Shown here piece by piece: positions 18,969 through 30,035 of a DNA stretch of 54,935 nucleotides. Positions within the stretch are counted from its first letter, which is position 1, and every line of letters begins with the position of its first letter. This DNA comes from Gammaproteobacteria bacterium (GTDB taxonomy: Bacteria; Pseudomonadota; Gammaproteobacteria; Tenderiales; Tenderiaceae): NCBI GenBank assembly GCA_024277755.1, contig JAJRUN010000002.1, forward strand, positions 1 through 54,935, read 5' to 3'. The notes under the pieces were generated by a model. That model saw only the letters and a list, made by a program, of their open reading frames with translations, made no database searches and was not told the origin of the DNA. Made by a program: the position numbers and the translations under genes.

Positions 18969-19099
18969 AGCTATTACCTCCATGTAATCATTGAAATAGA
19001 ACAAGTATAAATACTCTCTACACCATCGATTAAAGGCAATCTCACCCTGTTAGTCAATCATAAAGTCCGCTCAGGCCTATATTTTAAACGTTTCTTTGA

Positions 19100-20299
19100 C
19101 TATTCATGCCGCAGAGCCTCTATCGGATCTAGCCGCGCCGCCTTACGCGCCGGGACATAACCAAACACCACCCCCACCACCACTGAAAAGACAAACGCCA
19201 GCAGAATGATACTACCGTCAAAGACCAGCGGTACCTGCAAGGCCTTGGTGATGAAGTAAGTCGCCAACAGGGCAAGCAAAATACCAATGACGCCGCCAAC
19301 AGATGACAGCACCACCGCCTCAACCAGAAATTGACGCTGCACCTCTTTCTCCAGTGCACCGACAGCCAGACGAATACCGATCTCGCGTGTGCGCTCGGTA
19401 ACAGATACCAACATGATATTCATAATGCCAATACCACCAACAATGAGACTGACAGCGGCCACAGCACCGAGCAATGAGGTCATGGTTTCGGTAGCGCCGG
19501 TCATGGTTCTGGCGATATCTTTCATATCAATAACGCTGAAATCATCTGCCTCGCCCGGGCCGATGTGGCGCCGTTCACGCATCAGCAATTCCACATCACG
19601 CTTTGCCTTGCTGGTGTCGTCGCGGGCGGAGAGATAGATAAGCCTGACCTTCTTTTGGCCGGAGATTAAGCGCCAGTGGGCACGTAACGACATCAACACC
19701 ACATCATCCTGATCCGAGCCCATGGCCGACTGGCCTTTGCTGACCAGTAAACCAATGACTTCGCAAGCGACCTTACCAAGGCGAATGGTCTCACCGATAG
19801 AATCGAGATTGCCAAACAACTCCCGCTGCAACGTCGCACCCAACAGGCAAACCGCTGCCCCAGCACGCTGTTCACTGTCAGTGATGAATCGGCCCCGCGC
19901 CAGTCTCCAGTTGCGCACAATCAGGTAGTCGTTTTCCATGCCGGTAACACTGGTGGTCCAATTGTTGCTGCCATACACCACTGTGACTGCTTTGCTGGTA
20001 ACGCCCGCAGCGGCAACAACGGCGGGGAGATCACGCCGCAAGGCCTCGGAGTCGGCTATTTCAAGTGGTTTGGCAGCCCCGCGGGAACCACTCACGAAGC
20101 GCTGGCCTGGACGCAAGATCAGCATATTGCTGCCCAGACTTTCGATCTGAGCGCTGATCTTGGCGCTCGTACCATTGCCTATAGTGACCATAATAATCAC
20201 CGCAGCAACACCAATAATAATCCCCAACATGGTCAGGGACGAACGCAGCAGATTACGGCGAATCTCACGCAGGGCCAGCGACAGGGCACTCCACCACAT
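19100..20299 (-). CDS. MacB/FtsX-family ABC exporter permease
   Basis: LRSSLTMLGIIIGVAAVI, GGIGIMNIMLVSVTERTREIGIRLAVGA, PARKAARLDPIEALRHE. Confidence 0.93.
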   Translation of the reverse strand: MWWSALSLALREIRRNLLRSSLTMLGIIIGVAAVIIMVTIGNGTSAKISAQIESLGSNMLILRPGQRFVSGSRGAAKPLEIADSEALRRDLPAVVAAAGVTSKAVTVVYGSNNWTTSVTGMENDYLIVRNWRLARGRFITDSEQRAGAAVCLLGATLQRELFGNLDSIGETIRLGKVACEVIGLLVSKGQSAMGSDQDDVVLMSLRAHWRLISGQKKVRLIYLSARDDTSKAKRDVELLMRERRHIGPGEADDFSVIDMKDIARTMTGATETMTSLLGAVAAVSLIVGGIGIMNIMLVSVTERTREIGIRLAVGALEKEVQRQFLVEAVVLSSVGGVIGILLALLATYFITKALQVPLVFDGSIILLAFVFSVVVGVVFGYVPARKAARLDPIEALRHE

Positions 20300-20976
20300 C
20301 AGCGGGATGCCTCGTGCTGAACTGCGCCATCAAAAAAATGTACCGTTCGGTCTGCATAGGCAGCGATGTCGGCCTCGTGGGTGACCATGACAATGGTCAG
20401 GCCACGCGCCTGATTGAGTCGCACCAGCAATTCCATAATTTCGTGGCCACGGGCACTATCCAGATTGCCAGTGGGTTCGTCAGCCAACAACAGAGCCGGG
20501 TCAGTCACCAAAGCGCGGGCAATGGCAACGCGCTGTTGTTGGCCGCCGGAGAGTTCAGTTGGGGTATGAGCTGCGCGCCCCTCCAGCCCCACCGCTGCCA
20601 GAGCCGCCAGAGCCTTGGTTCGACGTTGGGCGCGGGGCATGCGGCGATAGACCAACGGCAATTCAACATTCTCCAGCGCACTGGTGCGCGCCAGCAGGTT
20701 GAAACCCTGAAAGACAAAACCAACAAAGTGACGCCGCAACAGGGCACGCTGATTGCGCGACAGGGTTTGCACCGGGCAGCCCTGAAAATCATATCCACCT
20801 TCGCTGGGGGTATCGAGAAAACCAAGGATATTCATACAGGTGGATTTGCCCGAGCCACTGGGGCCCATCATGGCAATAAACTCACCAGCGCTGACCCTGA
20901 GACTGACATTCCGCAATGCCTGTACCGCTGCCGCCCCCTTGCCGTAAATCTTACTTAAGTGCTCAAGTTCGATCAT
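20299..20976 (-). CDS. MacB/LolD-type ABC ATP-binding protein
   Basis: [44 protein letters not shown]. Confidence 0.95.
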   Translation of the reverse strand: MIELEHLSKIYGKGAAAVQALRNVSLRVSAGEFIAMMGPSGSGKSTCMNILGFLDTPSEGGYDFQGCPVQTLSRNQRALLRRHFVGFVFQGFNLLARTSALENVELPLVYRRMPRAQRRTKALAALAAVGLEGRAAHTPTELSGGQQQRVAIARALVTDPALLLADEPTGNLDSARGHEIMELLVRLNQARGLTIVMVTHEADIAAYADRTVHFFDGAVQHEASR

Positions 20977-22214
20977 CAGTTTTTGCTGCTGGCATCGGTG
21001 ATAACAGGCATACCAATCTGCAAATCACCACTCAGAACCTGCGTCACACGGCCATCACTGGCACCCGTTTCAATCTCAATGGCACGGGGCTGATTAGCTG
21101 CCAATAACCAGACCTGCTTGAGCGGCTTACCCTGCCGGGTTGAGCGGCCACGGCTGTCCCAACGCGGCATGAGCTGATCCATAGCTCCCGCTTTCTGTCT
21201 GGCTTGGGGTGTTGGCGGCGCAAAACGCAGCGCGGCATTTGGAATAAGCAGCGCGTCAGCGATCTGCTCAACAATGATATGCGCGGTAGCCGTCATACCG
21301 GGACGCAACAGCAAGGCCTCATTATTGAGCGCAAGCATGGTTTCATAGCTGACCACACCGCCTTCGCTAGAGGGGGCCAAGCGCACCTGGGTAATGCTGG
21401 CGGGAAAAACCTGATCACGGTAGGCATCCACCGTAAAGGTAGCGGCCTGCCCCTCTTTTACCTTGCCAATATCGGCCTCGTCCACCGTCACCCGCAGCTC
21501 CATCTGCGCCAGATTTTCTGCCAGCGTAAAGAGCACAGGTGCTTGCAGGGATGCGGCGACGGTCTGACCGGGTTCGATCTGGCGCTTGAGCACTATGCCA
21601 TCAATGGGTGAGCGGATGATCGCCTTGGCCAGACGGGTTCGTTCAACATCCAGAGTGGCGCGGGCCTGTGAGACCTGAGCCTTGGCACTAGCTTCATCGG
21701 CCTTGGCCCGGGCGTAGGCGGCCTGGGCGGCATCCTGATCCTGCGGCGGACAAAGCCCCTTTACCGCCAGGGTCTGGCAGCGCGTTAGTTTAAGCTCGGT
21801 TTCCAACACCGTGGCGGCCGCCTGCAACACCCGGGCCTCGGCTACTTCCAGCGCCGCCTGGGTCTGAACCACCTTGGCCTGCTGTTCATCGGTGTTGAGG
21901 CGGGCCAACACCTGCCCTTGTTTGACCCGGTCGTTGAAGTCTACCAGTACACTTTCAATGATCCCTGACATTTCACTGCCAACATCCACCTGATTGAGCG
22001 GCTCCAGGGTGCCGGTGGCGGTCACCCGAATCGTGAGCTCACCACGCACCACCTCGCTAGTGACAAATTGCAGCGCGGCCTCGTCATTGGCGGCAAACAG
22101 ACGAAACAAGGCCGCCCCAGCAAAGAGCAGCAATAAAATGATAATAATCAGCCCCCGGCGACGAGGCTTTTGCTGAGTCAATACCTGCTCGACGGTTGGT
22201 TGCGGCTGGTTCAT
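20976..22214 (-). CDS. MacA-like periplasmic adaptor (membrane fusion protein)
   Basis: N-terminal TM, ATGTLEPLNQVDVGSEMSG, IRSPIDGIVL, VDEADIG, LRPGMTA motifs. Confidence 0.92.
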   Translation of the reverse strand: MNQPQPTVEQVLTQQKPRRRGLIIIILLLLFAGAALFRLFAANDEAALQFVTSEVVRGELTIRVTATGTLEPLNQVDVGSEMSGIIESVLVDFNDRVKQGQVLARLNTDEQQAKVVQTQAALEVAEARVLQAAATVLETELKLTRCQTLAVKGLCPPQDQDAAQAAYARAKADEASAKAQVSQARATLDVERTRLAKAIIRSPIDGIVLKRQIEPGQTVAASLQAPVLFTLAENLAQMELRVTVDEADIGKVKEGQAATFTVDAYRDQVFPASITQVRLAPSSEGGVVSYETMLALNNEALLLRPGMTATAHIIVEQIADALLIPNAALRFAPPTPQARQKAGAMDQLMPRWDSRGRSTRQGKPLKQVWLLAANQPRAIEIETGASDGRVTQVLSGDLQIGMPVITDASSKN

Positions 22215-22322
22215 ACCGATATATCAATCCCTGATTTATTGTCCAACGCAAGGTGGCGACCTCGATTTTAAACGAGGTAAACCCCTGACCGCGCATAAAA
22301 ACCGGCAGGGCTTAGCGGCAGA

Positions 22323-22904
22323 TTAAACCGGCTTCTGCGCCACCAGCATCGCCTCATTCCTGAAACCCTTGCTGGCATCACCGTGTAAACCTTCTTCGCG
22401 ATAGACCAGCACCTTAAAACCAGCAAACAGGCTCAACAGCTCGTTGTCTGCCAGACGAAAATCCATGTTACTCGGTCCGCCCTTACCCACCCGTGTCTGG
22501 CTAAAGGTCTGATAAAACACCAGACCACCCGGTTTGAGACAGTTGATAATGGCGGTAATGATGCTGCGATCGAGAAAGTGGCTCACCACCACCAAATCGT
22601 AATGACCCTGTTCAGGTGGCTGTTCCACCACATCGAGGGCAGTCGCCGAGACAGTTGCGCCGTCTGCCTCGGCGCGTTGGTTGACCTGTTCCACCGCCAC
22701 CGGTGAAATATCCCAGGCATCCATTTTGAAACCCTGCCCGGCCAGAGCAAAGCTGTTTGCCGCCAAGCCGCAGGCCAGTTCCAGGCCAATCCCTGACTCA
22801 GGCAGAAGATGCAGATTTTCTCGCACTACCGCCGTTGCAGAGCTGATCTGCTGGCGATTTTTACTATAGATTCTGTCCCATTTTTCACGGCTTGCATTGG
22901 TCAT
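22323..22904 (-). CDS. Class I SAM-dependent methyltransferase (TehB-like)
   Basis: WDRIY N-terminus, LELACGLAAN motif I, DISPVAV, YDLVVVSHFLDR, LKPGGLVFY. Confidence 0.82.
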   Translation of the reverse strand: MTNASREKWDRIYSKNRQQISSATAVVRENLHLLPESGIGLELACGLAANSFALAGQGFKMDAWDISPVAVEQVNQRAEADGATVSATALDVVEQPPEQGHYDLVVVSHFLDRSIITAIINCLKPGGLVFYQTFSQTRVGKGGPSNMDFRLADNELLSLFAGFKVLVYREEGLHGDASKGFRNEAMLVAQKPV

Positions 22905-22917
22905 AATTGGTTCACTC

Positions 22918-24372
22918 TTATTTGCGCCAGAAGGCTGGGGTTAACAGCACCAGCAGGGTAAAAATTTCCAGCCGGCCCAGCAACATGGCAAAACACAACA
23001 CCCACTTGCCAACATCATTGACGCTGGTGTAATTCGAACCAACATCACCCAGCCCCGGCCCCAGGTTATTCATGCAGGCGGCAATGGCGGAAAAGGCGGT
23101 CACAAAATCCAGGCCGGTGGCCACCATAATCAGGGACATAACACAGAAACAAACCACATAGAGCGAAAAAAACCCCCACACCGCTTCAATGACCCGATCA
23201 GACAGCGCCTTGCTGCCAATCTTGACCGGAATCTGGGCACTGGGGTGCACCAGCCGCAGGATTTCGCGCCCCCCCTGCTTCATCAACATCACCACCCGGA
23301 TCACCTTCATGCCGCCACCGGTAGAACCGGCACAACCACCAATAAAACTTAGCATCAGCAACATGATGGGCAGAAAGCCTGGCCAGGTATGATATTCCGC
23401 CACCGTAAAGCCAGCCGTGGTACCGATAGAAACCGTCTGAAACACACCGCGTAATATCGCCTGCCCTGCCGAATCAAAGGTGGCCGTCCAATACAGGTAG
23501 GCGGCCGTCACCAGCGATGCCAACAGCAAGACAGCGCTATAAACTTTAAACTCGGTATCAGCAAAATAGAATTTTGATGTCCGTGAACGCCAGGCCAAAA
23601 AATGCAGTGCAAAATTGACCCCGGATAAAAACATAAAAATAATCGCCACAATTTCGATCAGGGGTTGGTCGTTAAAGTAGCCCATGCTCAGGTCATGAGT
23701 AGAAAAACCACCAATCGCCACGGTTGAAAAAGCGTGGGCGAGGGCATCAAAACCGCTCATGCCTGCAGCCCAATAAGCCAGACCACAGCTGATTGTCAGA
23801 GTCAGGTAGATATACCAAAGCGCCTTGGCGGTTTCGGTAATCCGCGGCGTCAGCTTATTGTCCTTCATCGGCCCTGGTGTTTCGGCTCGATACAGCTGCA
23901 TCCCGCCGATGCCCAGCATCGGCAGCACCGCCACTGCCAAAACAACAATCCCCATCCCCCCCAGCCATTGCAGTTGTTGACGATAATAAAGGATAGAACG
24001 GGGCAGATCATCCAGCCCTGAGATCACCGTTGCCCCGGTGGTGGTCAAGCCTGACATGGACTCAAAGATTGAATCGGTGATCGAAATACTGGGTTGCTCG
24101 GACAACAAAAATGGCAAGGCACCAAACACTGCCAATACCGTCCAGAACATCACCACCACGACAAAACCGTCACGAATACGCAGCTCGGCACGCTGCTGCC
24201 TGACAGGTAACCAGCAAATCGTGCCCGTAATCAGGGTAAGCAGAAAGGCCGAAACAAATGGCACCATGGTGTTTTCTGAATAGATCCACGATACCAGCAC
24301 CGGTGGCAACATGGTAAAACTGAACAGCATCAGCAATAGACCGAGAATGCGCTGAATGACGAATAACTGCAT
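22918..24372 (-). CDS. trkH: Trk potassium uptake membrane protein TrkH
   Basis: FESMSGLTTTGATV, LQWLGGMGIVV, GGCAGSTGGGMKV, NNLGPG, GRLEIFT. Confidence 0.97.
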   Translation of the reverse strand: MQLFVIQRILGLLLMLFSFTMLPPVLVSWIYSENTMVPFVSAFLLTLITGTICWLPVRQQRAELRIRDGFVVVVMFWTVLAVFGALPFLLSEQPSISITDSIFESMSGLTTTGATVISGLDDLPRSILYYRQQLQWLGGMGIVVLAVAVLPMLGIGGMQLYRAETPGPMKDNKLTPRITETAKALWYIYLTLTISCGLAYWAAGMSGFDALAHAFSTVAIGGFSTHDLSMGYFNDQPLIEIVAIIFMFLSGVNFALHFLAWRSRTSKFYFADTEFKVYSAVLLLASLVTAAYLYWTATFDSAGQAILRGVFQTVSIGTTAGFTVAEYHTWPGFLPIMLLMLSFIGGCAGSTGGGMKVIRVVMLMKQGGREILRLVHPSAQIPVKIGSKALSDRVIEAVWGFFSLYVVCFCVMSLIMVATGLDFVTAFSAIAACMNNLGPGLGDVGSNYTSVNDVGKWVLCFAMLLGRLEIFTLLVLLTPAFWRK

Positions 24373-24435
24373 CTTAGTTCTCTGCTTTTTACTCTTGGGA
24401 GCCTCTGGACAACTCTGTGGCGTCTGACACTTGCA

Positions 24436-25809
24436 CTACAAAAAGATCACGCCGACCTGGAACAGCTTTTCAACCTCTCTGACGCGGCGTTTATCGATCA
24501 AAAACAGGATGACATGATCCTCTGCCTCTATCACCGTGTCATGATGAGCGATGATAACCTGTTTGCCACGCACAATTGCGCCAATATTAGCACCCGGTGG
24601 CAGCTTGATATTTTCGACACTGCGGCCAACCACCTTGGATGAACGTGAATCGCCGTGCGCCACCGCCTCAATCGCCTCGGCTGCACCGCGCCGCAGTGAA
24701 TGCACTGCCGCTACATCACCACGCCGAACATGGGCCAACAGACTGCCAATCATAGCCTGATGCGGTGACACGGCAATATCAATATCACCACTTTCAACCA
24801 GATCAACATAAGAGGCACGATTGATCAGCGCCATGACTTTACGCGCCCCCAGGCGTTTGGCCAGCATGCAGGACAGGATGTTGGCCTCATCATCATTGGT
24901 GACCGCGCAAAAGACATCGGTGCTGGTGATATTTTCCTCCAGCAACAACTCTTCGTCGGCGGCATCCGCATGCAGAACAATGGTCTTATCCAGCTCTTCT
25001 GATATCTGCTTTGAACGACGCGCATTGTGATCGATCAATTTGACGTTGTAATCATTTTCCAGGGCCTGCGCCAGACCTTTACCAATGTTGCCACCACCGG
25101 CGATGATGATACGTTTGTTCGGTCTGTCCAGTCGTCGCAACTCACCCATCACGGTGCGAATATCCTGACGCGCGGCAATAAAGAAGACCTCATCGTCTGC
25201 CTCGATCACCGTGTCACCTTCAGGAATGATTGGGGTACCCTTGCGAAAAATCGCTGCCACCCGGGTCTCAACATTGGGCATATGCTCCTTGAGCAAGCTC
25301 AAGGCATGCCCCACCAGTGGGCCACCATAATAGGCCTTAACTGCCACCAGCTGCACCAGACCATCGGCAAAATCCAGCACCTGTAAAGCACCCGGATGAG
25401 CAATCAGCTTTTGCACATAGTCGATAATCACCTGTTCCGGACTGATCATCACATCCACCGGAATCGAATCATTACCAAACAGCTTGTCAAACCCGAGATA
25501 GTGACGCGAGCGGATCCGGGCAACCTTGGTCGGCGTGCGAAACAGGCTATGCGCTACCTGACAGGCAATCATATTGGTTTCATCGCTATTGGTGACCGCC
25601 AGTATCATGTCTGCATCTTCGGCGCCGGCACGTGACAACACATCAGGATAAGAGGCCTGACCATAGACGGTGCGAATATCGAGTCTGTCCTGCAAATCAA
25701 GCAACAGCTTTCTGTCCAGATCCACCATAGTGATGTCATTGGCCTCGCTGGCCAGATTGGCAGCAACAGATGAACCCACCTGACCGGCACCAAGAATTAT
25801 TATTTTCAT
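24436..25809 (-). CDS. trkA: Trk potassium uptake regulatory protein TrkA
   Basis: [41 protein letters not shown]; two RCK halves. Confidence 0.97.
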   Translation of the reverse strand: MKIIILGAGQVGSSVAANLASEANDITMVDLDRKLLLDLQDRLDIRTVYGQASYPDVLSRAGAEDADMILAVTNSDETNMIACQVAHSLFRTPTKVARIRSRHYLGFDKLFGNDSIPVDVMISPEQVIIDYVQKLIAHPGALQVLDFADGLVQLVAVKAYYGGPLVGHALSLLKEHMPNVETRVAAIFRKGTPIIPEGDTVIEADDEVFFIAARQDIRTVMGELRRLDRPNKRIIIAGGGNIGKGLAQALENDYNVKLIDHNARRSKQISEELDKTIVLHADAADEELLLEENITSTDVFCAVTNDDEANILSCMLAKRLGARKVMALINRASYVDLVESGDIDIAVSPHQAMIGSLLAHVRRGDVAAVHSLRRGAAEAIEAVAHGDSRSSKVVGRSVENIKLPPGANIGAIVRGKQVIIAHHDTVIEAEDHVILFLIDKRRVREVEKLFQVGVIFL

Positions 25810-25852
25810 GTTTGTATAATCGCCATGTCGCGGCTAATGGAACAGGTCTTTT

Positions 25853-27217
25853 TCACTTGCTGCTCTCTTTTGGGTTAATCCCCAGCGCCTTCATCTTGCG
25901 ATACAAATGCGTTCGCTCAATTCCTGCCAGCTTAGCCACCTGTGACACGTTGCCCGCCGTTATCCGCAACTGATGTTCAATATAGGTTTTTTCAAACTGT
26001 TCTCGTGCCTGCCTCAGCGGCAAGTCAAAATCAATCCCTGACCCCTGCTGTGTGACTGGCGACCGGGTTCCGAGAACGGCATTGACCTCATCAATCTCGA
26101 TGGTTTCGCCTGCCCCCAGAATCAACAAGCGATGAACAATGCTTTTCAGCTCACGAACATTGCCTGGCCAGGCATAATTTCTCAAGCAATTTTGTGCCGC
26201 CACTGAAAAGGAGCGGTACGGCAGGGCATCACTATCGACAAAGAAATCAACGTAATAAGACAGCAGATCAGTAATATCCTCGCGGTGCTGCCGCAAGGCA
26301 GGAACAGTCACTGGCACCACATTGAGCAGATAAAACAGATCTTCACGAAAACGTCCCATGCGCATCTCTTCGTGCAGATCTTTATGACTCGAGGCAATCA
26401 CGCGAATATCAATATTGACGACACTTGAGCCGCCAACACGAACAAACGACTGGCCTTGCAGGGCACTGGCCAGCCGCGTCTGCAAATCAAAGTCCATATC
26501 GGCCACCTCGTTCAAAAACAGGCTGCCACCATCGGCCTGTTCCAGCAACCCGTAACGCACCCTGTCGTCGCGCTCTTCGCCAAACAGCTCGACTACCGCA
26601 TTGGCAGGTACGATGGTGGCAACACCTACCTCAACATACTCACCATCTCTGCGGTTACTCAGGTTGTGAATCAGGTGTGCAATCAGACGTTTACCAACCC
26701 CCGGCTCGCCCAACAACAGCACCCAGGCATCGGTGAGAGCCACTTTTTCTGCCTGGTCACGCAGGGTTGTCATCACCGGACTTTTGCCCAATGGCCGACC
26801 CAGCGGCTGAACCTGCCGACGCAGCCCCTGATTCTCACGCCGCAGGCTGTAGTCATCCAGCGCATGACGAATGGTCAGCAGCAGCTTCGCCATCGACAAC
26901 GGTTTTTCCAGAAAATCGTAGGCTCCCAGACGGGTTGCCTCCACCGCCGTTTCTACCGTGCCGTGACCTGACATCACCACCACCGGCGGAGCCTGGTTAT
27001 CACTTTCATGCCATTCTTTTAGCAGGCTGATGCCATCAATATCAGGCATCCAGACATCCAGCAAAATCAGATCAGGGCGACGCTCGATCAATGCCTGGCG
27101 CGCCTCTGCACCATTAGCGGCGACGCTGACAAGATACTGTTCGTCTTCAAGTATCTCTTTTATCAGCTCGCGGATATCCGGTTCATCATCCACCACCAAT
27201 ATATGAGCAGCGCTCAT
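25853..27217 (-). CDS. ntrX: NtrX-family response regulator (REC, degenerate AAA+, Fis-type HTH)
   Basis: REC (LLDVWMPD), central AAA+-like domain, C-terminal IERTHLYRK; conserved rsmB-DUF4390-ntrY-ntrX-trkA order. Confidence 0.85.
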   Translation of the reverse strand: MSAAHILVVDDEPDIRELIKEILEDEQYLVSVAANGAEARQALIERRPDLILLDVWMPDIDGISLLKEWHESDNQAPPVVVMSGHGTVETAVEATRLGAYDFLEKPLSMAKLLLTIRHALDDYSLRRENQGLRRQVQPLGRPLGKSPVMTTLRDQAEKVALTDAWVLLLGEPGVGKRLIAHLIHNLSNRRDGEYVEVGVATIVPANAVVELFGEERDDRVRYGLLEQADGGSLFLNEVADMDFDLQTRLASALQGQSFVRVGGSSVVNIDIRVIASSHKDLHEEMRMGRFREDLFYLLNVVPVTVPALRQHREDITDLLSYYVDFFVDSDALPYRSFSVAAQNCLRNYAWPGNVRELKSIVHRLLILGAGETIEIDEVNAVLGTRSPVTQQGSGIDFDLPLRQAREQFEKTYIEHQLRITAGNVSQVAKLAGIERTHLYRKMKALGINPKESSK

Positions 27218-27259
27218 GCCGTTCCCCCAGTGTCTTTCAATATGTACTCACCCAAAACA

Positions 27260-29455
27260 TCAGCCATTATTGTGTCCATCGTCTTTCCGCGCCGCTTTCA
27301 ACGGCATGCGAATGGTAAACCGGGCACCACTTGTCTCAAGGCTTTCAGCCCAGATCACGCCATTGTGTTCCTCAACGATCTTTTTCACGATCGCCAAGCC
27401 CAAGCCACTGCCCTTGGCCTTTGAACTGATATAAGGTTCAAAAAGTTCGACCATCATATCATCGGAAATACCAACGCCATTATCTTCCACCAGCAGCTCA
27501 ACAGCATGCACCGATAGTGACTCCAGCAGGCGACTTTCAACCCTGACCAGACTTGCTTCGTTTTCCTGCGATGCCTCAATGGCATTTTTCACCAGATTAT
27601 GCAGCAACTGGCGCAGACGGCCATTATCCGCGTCGACCAGACCAACATGGGGGTCAAGCACAATCTCAAAATGCAGACCATGGTTTTCATTGTGATACAG
27701 CTCAAGCACCTCATTGACCACGGCATTAAAGTCCAAGGCCTGCAAACTCAATTTTGGCGTACGGGCATAATCGGAAAATGCCTTGACCATATCTTTCATG
27801 GTCTCAACCTGCTGGATGATGGTATGGGTCGACCGGTCTAATAACTTGCTATCGGCCTCACTCATCATAGGCAAATACCGATGCCGCAGACGTTCGGCCG
27901 AAAGCTGAATCGGTGTTAAAGGATTTTTAATTTCATGTGCCAGGCGTCTTGCCACCTCACCCCAGGCAGCATCACGCTGCGCCTGCAACAAGGTTGTCAC
28001 ATCATCAAACACCACCACATGCCCGGCATCCGGCTCGGGCAGAGCTGCACCACGACACATCAACAACTGTCGCCCCGCCGCACCAAACAAGGTGGCTTGC
28101 TCTTGCCAGCTTTCCGTTTGATTGTCGATGTGCGAATTAAGCATGCTGACAAACGCCTCCATATGCGAATAACGCTCGACAAGTTGATTCAAACCCAAGC
28201 CAACACAAGGACGCATGTCACTGCCTAAAATCTGTTCAGCGGCGTGATTAGCCGTGCGCAACACTCCTTGCTGATTAAAGGTCATGACACCCGATGAGAG
28301 ATGCCCCAACACCGTTTCCAGATAGAGCTTCTGATTTTCCAGACCTTGCTGGCTGCGACGAGCCTCTTCCTGCGCCCGTGCAATACGCCCCATCATGGTA
28401 TTGAATGACTTGATCAAAAAGCCCAGCTCATCGTTTGGCGTGGCCGTTAATGGCAGGCGACGATGATAATCCCCCTTGGCAACCGCACGGGTGCCGATGG
28501 CAAGCACCCTGATGGGGGCCACCAGACGACGCGCCAAAAAGAAGGCTGCCCAGACAGCGGTAAAAATACTCAGCAATAAAATAATCGAAAGCGTTAGGGT
28601 AAAACTGAATTTCAACGGCCCACTCAAAAACGTCAGCTGTTCGTGCTGGGTATAGGCCGCCTGCACGCTGTCCACCAATTCATTGATACCGACAGGCACT
28701 GGGTACAAGGCCTGCAACACACGGGGGTTAAGGAAAAACTCACTGGCCGGCACGTTCACCACCAGGCGAGCATAAAGATTACCTTCTGCGGGATCAAAAC
28801 CGACGTATGCCAGCCCCGTCTCCACTTGCGACAAGATAATCCGGTCAACCGGCACTGGCGACAACTTGGTGGCGTCATCACTGCTAAAACCGATAACCCG
28901 GCCATTGACTGTCATCAATGCCACCTCAAAAGCACCGATCTGATGACGCATATCATTCAGCGATAGCACCAATGCCTCTGGTGGCAAATCACTCACGGTC
29001 TCAGCCACATATTCCGCTTGGCGCATCATGTCACGCATGCGCCAGTCCAGGGCCGTGCGACTCAGGTTAAGCGCGTCATCCAACGCTTTTTCAACCCGGA
29101 CATCAAACCAGCTGTCGATGCCGTGACGGACAAAACCCAGCGAAAAATAATACAATACAGACACCGGCCCCACCGCCAGCACCACAAACAGCACCACCAA
29201 GCGCACGGTGAGCCGGGAGCCAGTCGCATGATTACGATACTGGCGAATCAAGCGGCCAACATTGGCAATAATCAACCCTGCCAGCACCAGCAACTCCAGC
29301 ACGTTGACCACTAACAGGGGGATGTAGAGACGATTAAACTGCTCGGAGTTCTGTGTCGCACTACTCATCAAATACAACGAACCCAACAACAGGCCAATCA
29401 ACAAAAAGATTGGTGCCTGGCCGGAAAACGCCCGTCTTATGGCAGTAATGGCCAC
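27260..29455 (-). CDS. ntrY: NtrY-family sensor histidine kinase (HAMP, PAS, HisKA, HATPase)
   Basis: GSRLTVRLV, AWGEVARRLAHEIKNPLTPIQLSAERL, LRQLLHNLVKNA, GSGLGLAIV. Confidence 0.9.
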   Translation of the reverse strand: MAITAIRRAFSGQAPIFLLIGLLLGSLYLMSSATQNSEQFNRLYIPLLVVNVLELLVLAGLIIANVGRLIRQYRNHATGSRLTVRLVVLFVVLAVGPVSVLYYFSLGFVRHGIDSWFDVRVEKALDDALNLSRTALDWRMRDMMRQAEYVAETVSDLPPEALVLSLNDMRHQIGAFEVALMTVNGRVIGFSSDDATKLSPVPVDRIILSQVETGLAYVGFDPAEGNLYARLVVNVPASEFFLNPRVLQALYPVPVGINELVDSVQAAYTQHEQLTFLSGPLKFSFTLTLSIILLLSIFTAVWAAFFLARRLVAPIRVLAIGTRAVAKGDYHRRLPLTATPNDELGFLIKSFNTMMGRIARAQEEARRSQQGLENQKLYLETVLGHLSSGVMTFNQQGVLRTANHAAEQILGSDMRPCVGLGLNQLVERYSHMEAFVSMLNSHIDNQTESWQEQATLFGAAGRQLLMCRGAALPEPDAGHVVVFDDVTTLLQAQRDAAWGEVARRLAHEIKNPLTPIQLSAERLRHRYLPMMSEADSKLLDRSTHTIIQQVETMKDMVKAFSDYARTPKLSLQALDFNAVVNEVLELYHNENHGLHFEIVLDPHVGLVDADNGRLRQLLHNLVKNAIEASQENEASLVRVESRLLESLSVHAVELLVEDNGVGISDDMMVELFEPYISSKAKGSGLGLAIVKKIVEEHNGVIWAESLETSGARFTIRMPLKAARKDDGHNNG

Positions 29456-30027
29456 GAATACCAGCGACTAATAAGATGCCAGTCACCGCTAACGTAAGAC
29501 ATCAAACGCAACGGCACAGGAAAACTACTACGATCAACTGCAATGCGAATTTCACCGATATAACTGGCCTCCGGCTCAAGCAGACTGTAATCCAGCAATG
29601 GGAATTCACGCAACGCCGCCATCACTGCCAACAGTGACTCAAGCGTGGGAAACTGAAAGACAAGATCGCTGTTCAGATTGTTGAGAACATAGTGATTGGT
29701 CAAAGGCTGGTAGGAAATCCGATAGCGCTGCTCAAGAGCCGCCACCTGTTTCGCCCAAAGATATTTCCGCTGTTTAACAACCTCGATTTCGATCATGAGA
29801 TTGAGCGAGATACCATTTTGCAATGCATCAACCAGTTGATCGCTAAGCCTCAGTTCAAACAAAGCATCCAGACGCACCACACCATCAACCAAGGTCGACT
29901 CAGCCGTCAACACCGCGAAACCAGGGTCAACCGCCTCAGGCGCAACAGACTCTTCTGTCCATGCCGGTGACGCAACAAGACACAGCATCGCCGCTAGCCA
30001 GCACCCAATTATGCGCGTGCATCCCAT
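29437..30027 (-). CDS. DUF4390 domain protein
   Basis: Signal peptide, ALQNGISL, YRISYQPLTNHY, FPVPLRL; usual position between rsmB and ntrY. Confidence 0.8.
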   Translation of the reverse strand: MGCTRIIGCWLAAMLCLVASPAWTEESVAPEAVDPGFAVLTAESTLVDGVVRLDALFELRLSDQLVDALQNGISLNLMIEIEVVKQRKYLWAKQVAALEQRYRISYQPLTNHYVLNNLNSDLVFQFPTLESLLAVMAALREFPLLDYSLLEPEASYIGEIRIAVDRSSFPVPLRLMSYVSGDWHLISRWYSWPLLP

Positions 30028-30035
30028 TTCAATGA

